Source: Isurus oxyrinchus (Eukaryota). From it: 64,000 nucleotides of DNA. This document shows positions 51,973 to 63,985 of this stretch, one piece after another. The stretch lies in contig JANJGN010000009.1 of assembly GCA_026770705.1 (NCBI GenBank), positions 140,802,001 through 140,866,000 of the forward strand, given 5' to 3'. Under the pieces are notes generated by a model that ran no database searches, was not told where the DNA came from, and saw nothing but the letters and a program-made list of their open reading frames with translations. A program made the position numbers and the translations under genes. Numbering within the stretch: the first letter of the stretch is position 1; each line of letters opens with the position of its first letter.

Positions 51973-52661
51973 GGGCTGAATTTTTAGCTCAGTGGGCGGG
52001 AGTGTACCCGACCTGACCGAGTGTAAAATGATGCACGAAGATGTCGGGCGAGCATCTCGACGTCGCCGCGCACTCACATGTTATTTGCGTCGGAGTTGGC
52101 AGCGCACCCGCCGACAATTAAAAGGCCTGTTAAGGCCATTAAAGAGGTAATTAAAATAAATTTTTCACTGCCAGTCCAACCTTACAGTTGGTGGGCAGGC
52201 GAAAAGTTCAAGAGGCCTTTGCAATTTTTTGGAAACCTCATCCACGAGTGGGATGAGGTTTCCAACATCAAATAAAAACAAAATAAAAATTTTAAGATTT
52301 ATTTAGTAACATGTCCCTGCTCTTATGACAGAGTCACATGAGGGGACATGTTTTATAACATTTTAAGATCTTAATTTTTTATTTTGAAAAATGCTCATCT
52401 CCCTGAGGCAGATCTGTGCCTCAGGGAGATTTACAAGCATGCACCTGCATGCATGCATGCACGAAGCTCGTGCTCGCCCTCCTGCCCCCCACCCCACATA
52501 GGCAGCTCTGAGTGCCGCTGCTCGTGTTTCACACTGAGCAGGCTTTAATTGGCCCGCCAGTGTGAAATCGCGGTGCAGTCCCCATCACGGGCAGCAGTGG
52601 GCTTCCTGACTGCCCCTGCCTGCCCCCACTGAGCTCACCTGAATAGGGCAAAATTCTGCCC
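51973..52661 (+). mobile_element. Harbinger-like MITE, copy 3, nested in CR1 ORF2
   Basis: GGGCTGAATTTT ... AAAATTCTGCCC. Removing it restores the CR1 sequence GGGTACAC-AAT-ATTTCAG (3-bp duplication AAA/AAT). Confidence 0.85.
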
Positions 52662-55600
52662 AATATTTCAGAAATACAGACAGAATGGCAAAGGGTGATA
52701 GTAAAGGATGACATAAGGACATTAGTAAGAAAGGATCTGGCCTCAGATCAACATAAAGTCGAATCAGTATGGGTGTAAATCAGTCATAGCAAGATCAGAA
52801 AAGAGTGGTGGGAATAGTTCATAGGCCCCCTAACAGTAGTTAAACTGTTGTGCAGAGCATTAAACAAGAAATCATTGGAGCTTGTAACAAAGGAATGTAA
52901 TAACTGTGGAGGGCTTTAATCTTCATATAAATTGGGACAACCAAGTGGCAAGAGTGATCTAGAAGATGAGTTTGTAGAATGTTTTTGTAACAGTTTCTTG
53001 GAGCAATATATTGTAGAACTAATTAGGGATAAAGCTATCTTAGACCTAGTATTGTGTAATGAAGCAGAGTTAATATGTAATACAGTAAAAGATCCACTGG
53101 GAATAGTGACCATAACACCATTGAATTCCATGTTAAGTTTGAAAGTGACATATTCTAATCACAACCAGGAATCTTAAACTTTAACAAAGTCAATTACATA
53201 GGTGTGAGGAGTAAATAGGCTCAAGTTAATTGCGTAAATAGCCTAAAAGGTATGGAGGTAAATGAACAGTGGGAAATGTTTACGGAAACAATTCAAAATG
53301 TTCAACAAAAATACGTTCCATTGGAAAACAAAAACTCAGCAAAGAAAACTTATCTGTGACTCACTCAGCAAGTTAAAGATATTATTAGGTTAAAAGAAGA
53401 GGCTTACAATGTTGTAAAAATAACAGTAGCAAGTCTGAGGATAGGGAGTATTTTAAAAACCAGCAGAAGGCTACCAAAAAGTTGATAAAAAAGGGAAAAA
53501 GATAGAATGAGAGTACACTGTCCAGAAATATAAAAACAGACTGTAAGAGTTTTTGTAAGTATATGGAAAGGAAGAGATTAGCTAAAGTAAACATTGGTCC
53601 CTTAGAAACAGAGACAGGAGAAATTATCATGGGCAGTGAGGAAATAGCAGAGGCATTGAACAAACATTTTGTGTCTGTCTTCACAGTAGAAGGCACAAGT
53701 TTCCTACCAGAAATAGACAGTAACCTAGGGACTAAAGAGAGTGAAGAAATTAATATCAGTGGAGAAGTATTAGAGAAACTTAAGGGACTAAAATCCAACA
53801 AATCCCTGGGACCTGGTGGCCTACACCCTTGGGTTCTAAAAGAGATAGCTACAGAAATAGTGGATGCACTCGTTATGATTTTTCCAAAATTCCTTAGATT
53901 CAAGAATGGTTTCCCATTGGAAAGGAAGGAGAGAGAAAACATTGAACTGCAGGCTAGTTAACCTAACATCAATTGTTTGGAAAATGCTGGAATCTATTAC
54001 TAAGGAAGTTTTAACAATGTACGTAGAAAAGCATAGTATGATTAAAACAAGTCAACATGGTTTTCCAATAGGGAAATCCTGCTTCACAAATTTATTAGAG
54101 TTCTTTGAGGATGTGACTAGTAGGTAGATAAAGGGGAAACCAGTAGATGTAGTATACCTATATACCTGTATTTCCAAAAGGCATTCAGTAAGGTTTCGCA
54201 CAAAAGGTTAATAGGCAAGATAGGACTCATGGAATTGGGGGTAATATTTTAACATGGATAGAGGATTAGTTAATGGATAGAAAGCAGAGAGTGGGCATCG
54301 ATGGGGCTTTTTCAAGTTGGCAGGTAGTGAATAATGGAATGCCACATGGATCAGAGCGGGTGCCTCAGCCATTTACAATCTATACTCATTAAGTAGATGA
54401 AGAGACAGAGAGTAATGTATCAAAGTTTGAAATAATACAAAGCTATGTGAGAAGGTAACCTGTAGGGAGGACACAGAGAGGCTGCAAAGAAATATAGATG
54501 GGTTAAGAGAGTGGGCAACAAGATGGCAGATGAAGTATAATGTCTGAAAGTATGAAGTTATTCACTCTGGTCATGAGAATAGGAAAACAGAATATTTTTG
54601 AAAGGCGCGAAACTTGGAAGTATTGATGTTCAAAGAGACTTGGGGGTTCTCATACAAGGAATACCGGAAGTTAGTATGCAGGTAGGCAAATGCTGGCCTT
54701 TATTGCAAGGGTATTGGAGTACAAGAATAAAGCCTAGAAACAATTGTACAGCGTTTTGGCAAGACCATGTCTGGAATACTGTATCAGAAAGAAAGAGTAT
54801 ACTTGCATTGGAGGTGGTACAGTGAAGATTCACTAAATTAGTCCCTGGGATGAGGGGGTTGTCCTATAATGAGAGACTAAGTAAATTGGTCTTATATTCT
54901 CTGGACTTTAGAAGAATGAGAGGTGATCTCTTTGAAACCCACAAAATTTTGAAGGGGCTTGATAAGGTAGACACTGAGAAAGTGTTTCTGCTGGTCGAGG
55001 AATCTAAAACATGGGGGCACAGTCTCAGGTAAGGGGCCGATCATTTAGGACTGAAATGAGGATAAATTACTTCATCCAAAAGATTGTGAATCTTGGAATT
55101 CTCCACTCCAGAGGGTTGTGGATGGTCTATCGTTACATACATTTAAGGCTGGGTTGGACAGATTTTTGCTCTTTCATAAATTAAGGGATATGGGGAGTGG
55201 GCGGGAAAATAAAGTTGAAGCTCACGATCAGCCATGATCGTAGTGAATGACAAAACAGGCTCGATGGGCCATATGGTCTACTCCTGCTCCTACTTCTTGT
55301 GTCTTGTGTTCATTGTCTGTCTACCTGTCTTCTGGATTACGGATTGTAATATCCTTGTCAAGCTATATTAATCTCTCAATCAGATATAACTGTGAAGAAA
55401 TAGGTTAGTTTAATTTCCTTTTAATTTGATAAAAAAATAATCTTAAGATAGGATAAGTTATAGAAAACAAGCAAGCTGTTAGAGCTGCTATTATGATGTC
55501 AAATGCCTATGAAGGACAATTATTCTTCTCCAGGTAGCATCCTTGATTATTTGAGGGTTGCTGAACCACAGTTTATTCTGTGATTTTACTACAGGGCATG

Positions 55601-55859
55601 ATGAGGGGACAGGCCCTACGTCAACCTTAGCCAAACAGGGATTGAAGCACATGCTGTTGGGGTTACTGTGAATCACAGGTCAGGCTATGGCCAACTGAGC
55701 TAACTGCCACCACCCCCAGGACTATTATAGCTTTGAAATTCGCTCAATATTTTACTCTTAGTATCAGTCATTCTAATAGTAGTTAAATTATTTTAAGTGA
55801 AATGTTTGCAACTTAATTTTATTTTCAATTTCAGTCCAAAGATTTTTTTTTGTAAAAAT

Positions 55860-56409
55860 ATATTTTTGGTTTTAACTGGAAGATTTTACCATACTTGAGG
55901 TTGAGGAGTGGCTGTTCCATAATCTTGAAGACGATGACAGCCTCCCAATGGACTCTGGTCTGCCCTCCATTTTTGGGCACACCATGGCCCATGGAGTTCC
56001 AGCCCGATGGCAATGGCTGGCCCCGCAGCAATGTTGCCACCAGTGCTTAACAACCTACTCTCCCTCCCCCTGATCATCGGAGCCTGCCTGCCTGTCCCTA
56101 ACATTACCTAAACACACATAACCCTCTTCCAGTGCCCCTGACCATTCAGGCACCCTCTCCCTATAATTGTGGCCTCAGCCATGGCCACTACTAACAGTGG
56201 TGTTGTTGAGCTGCGAGCCCTCTGATTGGGAAGGGAACTCTTGGAGGGGGGGCCAATGTCACTAATTGAATGGCAGCCCAATTGGCGACCATTTAATTGA
56301 CCAGCGCTGGGCTTATACCTCCCTGGGTCCTGCTGCCAGCCGAAGCAGGTTCAGCTCACACATTCAACCCTGGTGGTGGGATTTCTTTCATTGCAGTAAA
56401 ATCCAGCCC
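55860..56409. mobile_element. Degenerate MITE relic
   Basis: Ends TAAAATCCAGCCC (TIR-like). Internal CTCTGATTGG and TTTAATTG motifs shared with 2307-3043. Confidence 0.4.
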
Positions 56410-57143
56410 AATGTTCTGGCTATTATGTTACATGTATGCAGTTTTTCAGATACTGCTGGATCCACCATAGCATAAAAAGGGCCAAATTCAACACCAGCTG
56501 TAATGCTTCTGTTATTTCCAATTACTGTAATATATGCACACTATCCTACTGAGCTACTTCAGAAATAAGTGAGCAAACACAGAGTAATGTAAAGAAGTAA
56601 GAAGAATTATTAGTAAAAACTAGAAGGGTATTTATTGCTTGCAGTGTTGGGCAGATATTGGGGATTTCAGATGGAATCCTCCTTTCAGTTCAAAATTAGA
56701 ATGTTGGTTCAATTGCGTCAAGCCAAGCATAATTGTGTTGTAAATCTGAATGGAATTTAACAGAACAGGACATCAGATACAGCCCCGCACATTTGTGGGA
56801 CCTTGGGATACTCCAGAGAACACATTAGTCAATAAATCTCTATTTATAAAGCAATCCATTTTTTTTCTATACTAGGCTGAACATCTCACAGATTTCCTGT
56901 GGGGAAAGAAGCTGTTTCAGGAATTATTCATGGTGTATTCAGCTATCAGGGTTCAGCCTCAGGGCTAGTGTTTGGTATACTGTACCAATGGTGCTTGGAA
57001 ATAATTATTTGAGTAGGTTAAATTAAGTTTCTACCTTTAGGCTGTTTCCAAACCTTGATCACTGACTAACCTTTTATTAGAAGCCATACCTTGTTGGTCC
57101 ATAACATTCACAAATTTGGTGCAACAAACATAATCTAGATTAT

Positions 57144-57197
57144 TATCATCAGTCAGGACTAATGGTCAGAAATATCATCAGTCAGCACTAATAGTCA
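57144..57197. repeat. Local tandem duplication, 29-bp period, 2 copies
   Basis: TATCATCAGTCAGGACTAATGGTCA / TATCATCAGTCAGCACTAATAGTCA. Confidence 0.8.
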
Positions 57198-57639
57198 TTT
57201 GGCGACATTGTCTGGACTGTACTAGGCATTGTCAACTTAAATGACCCAACCTGTGAGTGGGCTATTGGGCGCACATGGAAAGTGAAATGATGATTCTGAA
57301 ATTATAAATGTGAAGCATGTCAGTAAATTACTTCAAGCACAAAATGGTTTTCCACATTTTGTGCGTGGAGCCCCACTAAGTATCGATACAATTCCAAAGA
57401 GTGCTGCAACATTTGCATCCTCCTGGAGATTCCTTGTCCTAACTTCCAAAAGATGCCACCTACCTAAAAGAAAACAATTCTAATGTTGGGATGGTTCTGG
57501 GAAACTAGCACACCAACAAGTGCCATGAAATTTGGCGCCTGTCCACTTCTGTGCTTGCCCTCCTCAGGGCTGAAACATTCAGCTCGGGGTTGCAACAAAG
57601 CTTCACTAGATTGATTTCTTAGATGAAAAAACTGTTCTG

Positions 57640-57818
57640 AGGAGGCATTGACCAGAATGGGTCTACATTCTCTGGAGATTAGAAGAATGAGGGATGATCC
57701 CAATGAAACTTAAAATTTGTCAAAAGTGTAATGGATGTAAAAGTTCAGCTTAGACCTTAATGAATGATGAAATAGGCTCGAAGGACTATATGACCTAATC
57801 CTGTTTCTATTTATGTTC
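57640..57818 (+). mobile_element. Decayed CR1 3' fragment
   Basis: TCTCTGGAGATTAGAAGAATGAGGGATGATC and AGGCTCGAAGGAC...CCTGTTTCTAT; similar to 54895-55295. Confidence 0.6.
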
Positions 57819-58851
57819 CCCTTCCCCCTCTTCCCAAGAATCCCAGTTTGAAAATATTTGCTATATAAACCTTAATTTGTGTTTTGAGATTAGTATTTAA
57901 GACAGATGTTATGATGTCACAATCGTATTGCACTTTGGAGATTCCATCGGACTTGGAGTCACCACATATATGACCCTAAAATAAAAATATGTCTGGGCCA
58001 ATTCACATATATTTGATTGAAGCTAGTATTAATGACACTCAACAATAACTTATTCTGTTAAGGTGCAATATAAATAAAAAAACATCCCAAGACACTTCAC
58101 AGGAGCATTATAAATCAAAGTATGACACCAAGCTAACAGGTCAGATGACCAAAGCAAAATCACCCTACATATTGGCTTTCATATGAACGTGTGAAAGTAT
58201 AACATTCGCCTCTCTTACCATTGTAAAAAGAAATGTTGAGATTCTAATTCCAGCTATGTATGGATAAGTGGTGTAATTTATATTTAGGCCATTCTAGTTG
58301 GCTCACCTCCCAGAGGCCCCAGACAAATATAAGGTCCCAGCCAAGGGCCTCGTACAGATATGGGGCTCTTGGTAAAACTCACTAGAACACAAAAACTGCA
58401 TATAAATGCTGGATCATTATATTCTACAATATAAAAATGCTGTCAGGAGGAGGTGAATTAAAGTTGGCAGATTCATTACAATATAACATTGACACTTACT
58501 GTTGCTGTTTATATTTGTGTTACGATGATCAGGGAGGAATTGCAGAGACTGTGGAATGTTATTTGTGCCCAGGGTCCCAAGAATTCTGAATGTGAACATA
58601 ACACCTCCACCCAACTGCAATCAGCAATCTTTAAAGCTTTTTGCTAGTATGGCTAAACACCAATATCAAACTGAGCACTTAGCTATTAAGACATTAGATG
58701 GCTCATTAATTTCTGATCTATATTTTTGGATGTCACATTGTTTACAGATGCAAACCGAGGCTGAATTTGCTTTTAAATTTAACACCTGTTGCAAATTGTA
58801 TATTAGGAGGAATTGACAGTATTTACAAATTTAATGCAATAAAAGTTCCCA

Positions 58852-58907
58852 TTAACTTAGAATTAAAAGTAATTTATTTTAACTTAGAATTAGCAGTAAT
58901 TTATTTT
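58852..58907. repeat. Local tandem duplication, ~27-bp period, 2 copies
   Basis: TAACTTAGAATTAAAAGTAATTTATTT / TAACTTAGAATTAGCAGTAATTTATTT. Confidence 0.8.
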
Positions 58908-60160
58908 GATCTTCTGAGCCATATACTTAGCTTCTGGAGATAACTTAAGTACTAAGCTTTAAAAATTTAAATGGGATAATTGCTTGGAGGTATTGTACTT
59001 AACTTTTCAAATTACATCCTTAGCTTTGTGAATTGACCTTTGTGCAGGTACATCTCATGTGCCAATGACGATGGTAAATGCTATGTGTTACATACTTTGT
59101 AATTCCAGTCACTTTCCTGCAGCTCCAATTGATTATGGCAGCTAGCATGAGACACTAGAGTCAGTGGTAATACAATGTACAGGTTTTAATGTAAATAAAA
59201 CCATATCCTGAGCAAGTATACTTTAACCCTGCAGGATTTCTTAAACTGAATGCATAGCAGAATACTTCACCAGTAGTAGTTTTGAAACTGTGTCAGATTA
59301 GCAGTTGATTGTTTTTGCAGATTTCAAACTAAAATGTTGCAGCAACTGGTTAAGTTTTGACAAATCTTAGCTGAGCTATTTGATCAGATGGTGTGCAGAA
59401 GTGAGAGCCTCCACCTTGGGTAGATGATAAAACTGACATCGACCTGCTTGTCAATTTGAATCATACCTCCTGCCAGTTGACTACAGAATACCGTTTGATA
59501 GCATTGTGCAGACCTGCACAGAAAAGGATTCATGGTGACAAGGGAACATATAAATCAGTGCTGCCATCACGTCATGATCATTTTATTGGGACGAAACTAT
59601 GTTTGGGCTTTAAATAGAACAGAAACAACTGAACATTAAAGGGAAGAGTGGAGATATTCAAATGCAAATGGTCTTCACAGGAAAATTCAAATTCCCATTG
59701 TCATTCCAAATGAATGTGATGGCATGTACTGTAACCGTCTGTATTACAATCTGCCATTGAGTGATGCATGACCTTGAAGCATTTTAGTAAAGTTCTGAAT
59801 TTGTCCTCTGGGATAGTACAGTAGTGGCACCTTCATGTTTAACTTTGAGTTTTCTCACAGCTTTTGTTTTATACTATGTACTATCATGTGACCTGAATGG
59901 GATATCTGTATAGTGGCAGCTTTTGCCAAAGCAAAGGGTGGCCAACTAGCAAGGATAACTGAAGGGCAATCCAGTTTAAAAATGCTCTCTGTGTTAACTT
60001 CCTCTCATTGACTAGGTATTTCATGACCAGACAGAACTGTCAGCTTGGCAACTTGGAGGAACAACTGCAATTGAGACTTAGACAAAGCCTCCTGGTTTGT
60101 CGCAAAGCATTGGTCTCTCATCAGGCTGTCCAGTATTGCCTCTTCAACAAATAATGTGGC

Positions 60161-60395
60161 TGTAGTAATTATAGTTCTGATAAACACAGGACTGTAGATT
60201 TAAGAATAATTCAGTGTTGTAAGATCACATGATCTGTGTAAACCAATGGGTTAGCAGCATAGGGAACCACAAGGAGAGAATTCTTCTTTAGTTATGGAGC
60301 TCGATGCACATATGTAGCTGCTGCTGCTGTTGTCTTGAAAATAAAGTTCAATGTTTCTACCAAGAAGAGTTGCCTGGAAAATCAACTCTATAACA
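60161..60395 (+). repeat. 5' LTR (235 bp)
   Basis: TGTAGTAATTATAG...CTATAACA, contains CCAAT and AATAAA; direct repeat of 62384-62612. Confidence 0.93.
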
Positions 60396-60397
60396 AG

Positions 60398-60411
60398 TTG
60401 ATGACAAGGAT
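60398..60411 (+). other. Degenerate primer-binding site (tRNA-Ser-like)
   Basis: TTGATGACAAGGAT resembles TGGCGACGAGGAT, the complement of the tRNA-Ser(GCU) 3' end, with CpG-type changes. Confidence 0.5.
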
Positions 60412-60493
60412 AAATCAGATCCAGTGCTGTCCCTTGCCTAGCGATTGTGTGTATCTAAGATAATTAGAAAGAAAGGAAGGTGTACTCATCTGA

Positions 60494-60690
60494 GATGCCG
60501 CAGTTTGACAGAATCGATCCCTTTGAGCCAGCCACAGACGACTGGTCTCAATATATAGAATATATATCTTGAGCTCTACTTTCAAGCCAATGAAATCACG
60601 GAAAAGAGGAGAGCGATTCATTTATCATTGTGAAAACAAACATACTCCTAACGATTGGCAATTTAAAAAGGTGGAGTGTTATTTTGTCAC
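60494..60690 (+). pseudogene. Deleted, frameshifted gag N-terminus
   Basis: MPQFDRIDPFEPATDDWSQYIE...YFQANEITEKRRAI. One lost T at ~60682 splits the C-x2-C-x4-H-x4-C knuckle (CYFCHKCGHILKDC). Confidence 0.75.
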
Positions 60691-61806
60691 AAATGTGGAC
60701 ACATATTGAAAGATTGCAATGTGAGATTAAAACAGGCTTCCAGGCAACAAATGAAGTCCAATGAAGTATATAGTGTGGAAGAGCCAGAAACAACCAATTC
60801 TGACATTTATTCCTTCTTCAGCATGAAAGTTGGGAAGACAGAGCCAATTTCAATCACATTGCAAGTGAATGGTAAACCCTTAAAAATGGAAGTAAACACT
60901 GCAGTAGGAGAACACACTTTCAGATATTTAAATAAAGGTGATCAACAATTAAATTTGGAACAAACCTCTGCCAAGTTGAAAATGTACATCAGCAAAGAAA
61001 TCCAGGTAAAAGGTATCACCAGAGTACCTGTTTATTATAGACATCAAATATCACAACTACCAGTGATGGTACTAGAAGGCAGAGGACTAAGACTTCTAGG
61101 CCAAAATTGGTTGAAGGAAATTAATCTTGATTGGCCAGTGAGATTTCAAAAGGAAGCTGGAAGAGTTCCTAAGTTGGAAAAGGAACAAGGCGAGGTACTT
61201 CAGAAAGAGCCTGGAGAGCCCAATGATTGCAACTGGATGAAAAAGGAGTGCGTAGCCATTCAGCAACCTGAAGAAATGCAAACTGTCTTAAACAATGACT
61301 TGGAAGAACAGCAGGAGAAACTCAAAGAGACTCTGCTGAATGACAGAATTCAAAATGAAGTGAGTGAGTTTCACAAAGAAAAAGTAAACATGTTGAAAGA
61401 CCTTCACACACTACAAGGATCCCTCAGGTCAAATTTTGTGCCTCTGGAAAATTACGAAGAGAAGCAGGATGAATTTAATGTCACACTGAGCAAACTGAAG
61501 AACGAGTTGGCAGAGAAGACGCAGCAATGTTCAAGATTCCAAGAGGAAGTCAAAAGGTACAAGAAGGAGACAGAAGAGCTGAAGAATCAGCTGGACGAAG
61601 TTAAGGAGACTTTGAAAGCAAAAGTCAAAGAACTTTCCAAAATGCAAATAGATAATGAAATCCTGGGTAGTTCAACTACTGAACTAAGACAAGTTGAAAT
61701 TTCATCTGAGAAAATTCTGGCTGGCAGTGAAGTAAAAAAAAAGGCCGAGACTAAATTCTGTGGTAGAGAAAAAAAGACACAAAGGAAGAGGATGCAGAAT
61801 TATTGA
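60676..61806 (+). CDS. Chimeric ORF (376 codons; first ATG 60751): knuckle remnant, degenerate retropepsin, UACA/ANKRD24-like coiled coil
   Basis: Longest ORF in the window. PISITLQVNGKPLKMEVNTA...LLGQNWL protease with DTG altered to NTA, followed in frame by ~190 aa of E/K/Q/L-rich heptads. Expression unknown. Confidence 0.6.
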   Translation: MLFCHKCGHILKDCNVRLKQASRQQMKSNEVYSVEEPETTNSDIYSFFSMKVGKTEPISITLQVNGKPLKMEVNTAVGEHTFRYLNKGDQQLNLEQTSAKLKMYISKEIQVKGITRVPVYYRHQISQLPVMVLEGRGLRLLGQNWLKEINLDWPVRFQKEAGRVPKLEKEQGEVLQKEPGEPNDCNWMKKECVAIQQPEEMQTVLNNDLEEQQEKLKETLLNDRIQNEVSEFHKEKVNMLKDLHTLQGSLRSNFVPLENYEEKQDEFNVTLSKLKNELAEKTQQCSRFQEEVKRYKKETEELKNQLDEVKETLKAKVKELSKMQIDNEILGSSTTELRQVEISSEKILAGSEVKKKAETKFCGREKKTQRKRMQNY

Positions 61807-62320
61807 TGAGGTGCCATTTTTGAACAAGACTAAGCCTGATACTTCCCAATTTGATGGGGAAGGTGGAGAAAAGTCAAGGGAACCAAAAAGTGAATCATGA
61901 TTTGCATAGCTGTGAGCAACAATGTACTGTTGGAGAAGCGACGTAAGTAAAGAATTTCAATGAAGGACTGAAGTGGTTACCAGGCAAAGTAAGTTCGTGA
62001 CCGTACCATTGTCGTACCACATGGAAGTAGAGGTCACCTGTAAGCACGTGGCTTATTTAAGAAGAAGGGAGATACCCCAACAAAATGATGTTCCACCTGC
62101 AAGCATTGCTGAACCTCTGGTTCCTGTTGAAGTTGCTCAACCAAGGATAGACATACCTAATCTCTTTGTTGGAGTGCACGACACTGAACTGCTTGTTCCT
62201 AATAGGGTACCTGATGTTAATGCAGCCCCAGAGAATGCGGTTCCTGCAAAAGAACCTGAAGTCATGAAGCTGCGATGGTCCACATGGATCAGGAGACCAC
62301 CTGAAAGTCTGAACTTGTAA
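61794..62320 (+). pseudogene. Integrase C-terminal remnant
   Basis: AELLMRCHF*TRLSLILPNLMGKVEKSQGNQKVNHD, then PLSY...KHVAYLR and LRWSTWIRRPPESL, typical Gypsy/Mag pol ending. Confidence 0.75.
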
Positions 62321-62370
62321 TTTCATGACCTGTGTAAAAATTGTAATATCACAAAATATACAGAAAAGAT

Positions 62371-62383
62371 AAAGGGGGAGGAA
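62371..62383 (+). other. Polypurine tract
   Basis: AAAGGGGGAGGAA directly upstream of the 3' LTR. Confidence 0.9.
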
Positions 62384-62612
62384 TGTAGTAATTATAGTCC
62401 TGATAAATGTAGGACTGAGGCTTTAAGAATAAGTCTGTGTTGTAAGATCTCACAGTCTGTGTAAACCAATGGGTTAGCAGCATGGGGAACCTCTAGGAGA
62501 GAGTTCTTCTTTAGTTATGGAGTTTAAGCATATGTAGTTGCTGCTGCTGTCTTGTAAATAAAATTCAGTGTTTCCACCAAGAAAAGTTGCATGGAAAATC
62601 AACTCTATAACA
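62384..62612 (+). repeat. 3' LTR (229 bp)
   Basis: Direct repeat of 60161-60395; by hand count about 28 substitutions and two small indels. Confidence 0.93.
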
Positions 62613-62752
62613 GTGTTTTTGTGTTAAACTGAAGTAAAATCTCTATACTCATCTATCCTTCTCATCAGCTAAACCTGACTTTGTGACTCAATTAAAACAG
62701 AAAGACTCAGTAAGATAAAAAGGGACAGAGCAGCCATATTCAAATACAAACC

Positions 62753-63985
62753 TTTTTTTTTAATTCATTCATGGGATGTGGGCTTCACTGGCTGGGCCAG
62801 CATTTATTGCCCATCCCTAGTTGCCCTTGAGAAGGTGGTGGTGAGCTGCCTTCTTGCTGCAGTCCATGTAGTGTAGGTATGCCCACAGTGCTGTTAGAAA
62901 GGGAGTTCCAGGATTTTAAGCTAGCAACAGTGAAGGAATGGTGATATATTTCCAAGTCAGGTTGGTGAGTGACTTGGAGGGGAGCTTCCAGGTGGTGGTG
63001 TTCCCATCTATCTGCTGCCCTTGTTCTTCTCAATAGTAGTGGTCAGGGGTTTGGAAGGTGCTGTCTCAGATACACACTACTATTACTACTTTGCGTTGGT
63101 AGTGGAGGGAGTGAATGTTTGTGGATGTAGTGTCAATCAAGGGGGCTGCTTTGAACTGGACGGTGTCAAGCTTCTTGGGTGTTGTGGGAGCTGCACTCAT
63201 CCAGGCCAGTGGAGAGTATTCCATCACTCCTGACTTGTGCCTTGTAGATGACGGACAGGCTTTGGGAGTCAAGAGGTGGGTTACTTGTTGCAAGATTCCT
63301 AGCCTCTGACCTGCTCTTGTAGCCACAGTATTTATATGGCTAGTCCAGTTTAGTTTCTGGTCAATGGTAACCCACAGGATGTTGATACTGGGGGATTCAG
63401 TGATGGTAATGCCATTGAATGTCAAAGGGCGATTGTTAGATTCTTTCTTGTTGGAGATGGTCATTGCCTGACACATGTTTGGCACAAATGTTACTTGCCA
63501 CTTGTCAGCCCAAGCCTGCAAATTGTCCAGGTTTTGCTGCATTTGGGCAAGGGAGTGCTTCAGTATCTGAGTCATCATGAATGGTGCTGAACGTCATGCA
63601 ATCAACAGGGAACATCCCCGCTTCTTGTCTTATGATGGAAGGAAGGTGATTGATGAAGCAGCTGAAGATGGTTGGGCCGAGGACATTACCCTGAGGAACT
63701 CCTGCAGTGATGTCCTGGAGCTGAGGTGACTGACCTCCAACAACCACAACCATCTTCCTTTGTGCCAGGTATGACTCCAACCAGCAGACAGTTTTCCCCC
63801 TGATTCCCATTGACTCCAGTTTTGCTAGGATTCCTTGATGCCACACTCTATCAAATGCTGCCTTGATGTTAAGGGCAGTCACTCTCATCTCACCTCGGGA
63901 GTTCAGCTCTTTTGTCCATGTTTGAACCAAGGCTGTAATGAGGTCAGGAGCTGAGTAGCCCTGGTGGAACCCAAATTGGGCAAGT
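62753..63985 (-). mobile_element. 5'-truncated CR1-group LINE (second family)
   Basis: QFGFHQGYSAPDL, ALNIKAAFDRVWHQG, AGVPQGNVLGP, LDNLQAWADKWQVTF; colinear with 43055-44305. Confidence 0.92.

Larger units (their letters stand above)
50330..55310 (+). mobile_element. Near full-length decayed CR1 LINE with two nested insertions
   Basis: ORF1 ATG at 50582 (MAGLVVCCGC..., esterase remnants), APE (RDKAILDLVLCNE), RT (KSLGPGGLHP, SQHGFPIGKSCFTNLLEFFE), 3' CTTGTGT-type tail. Confidence 0.9.
60161..62612 (+). mobile_element. Non-autonomous Gypsy (Mag-like) LTR retroelement with captured coiled-coil sequence
   Basis: Two TG...CA LTRs, degenerate PBS, PPT, gag N-terminus, CCHC knuckle, protease, integrase C-terminal tail. 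No RT or RNase H. Flanks GTGGC / GTGTT (imperfect 5-bp TSD). Confidence 0.9.

Noticed and set aside
61219-61806. env-like gene
   Set aside because: It lies within pol rather than after integrase, and has no signal peptide, fusion peptide or transmembrane segment.
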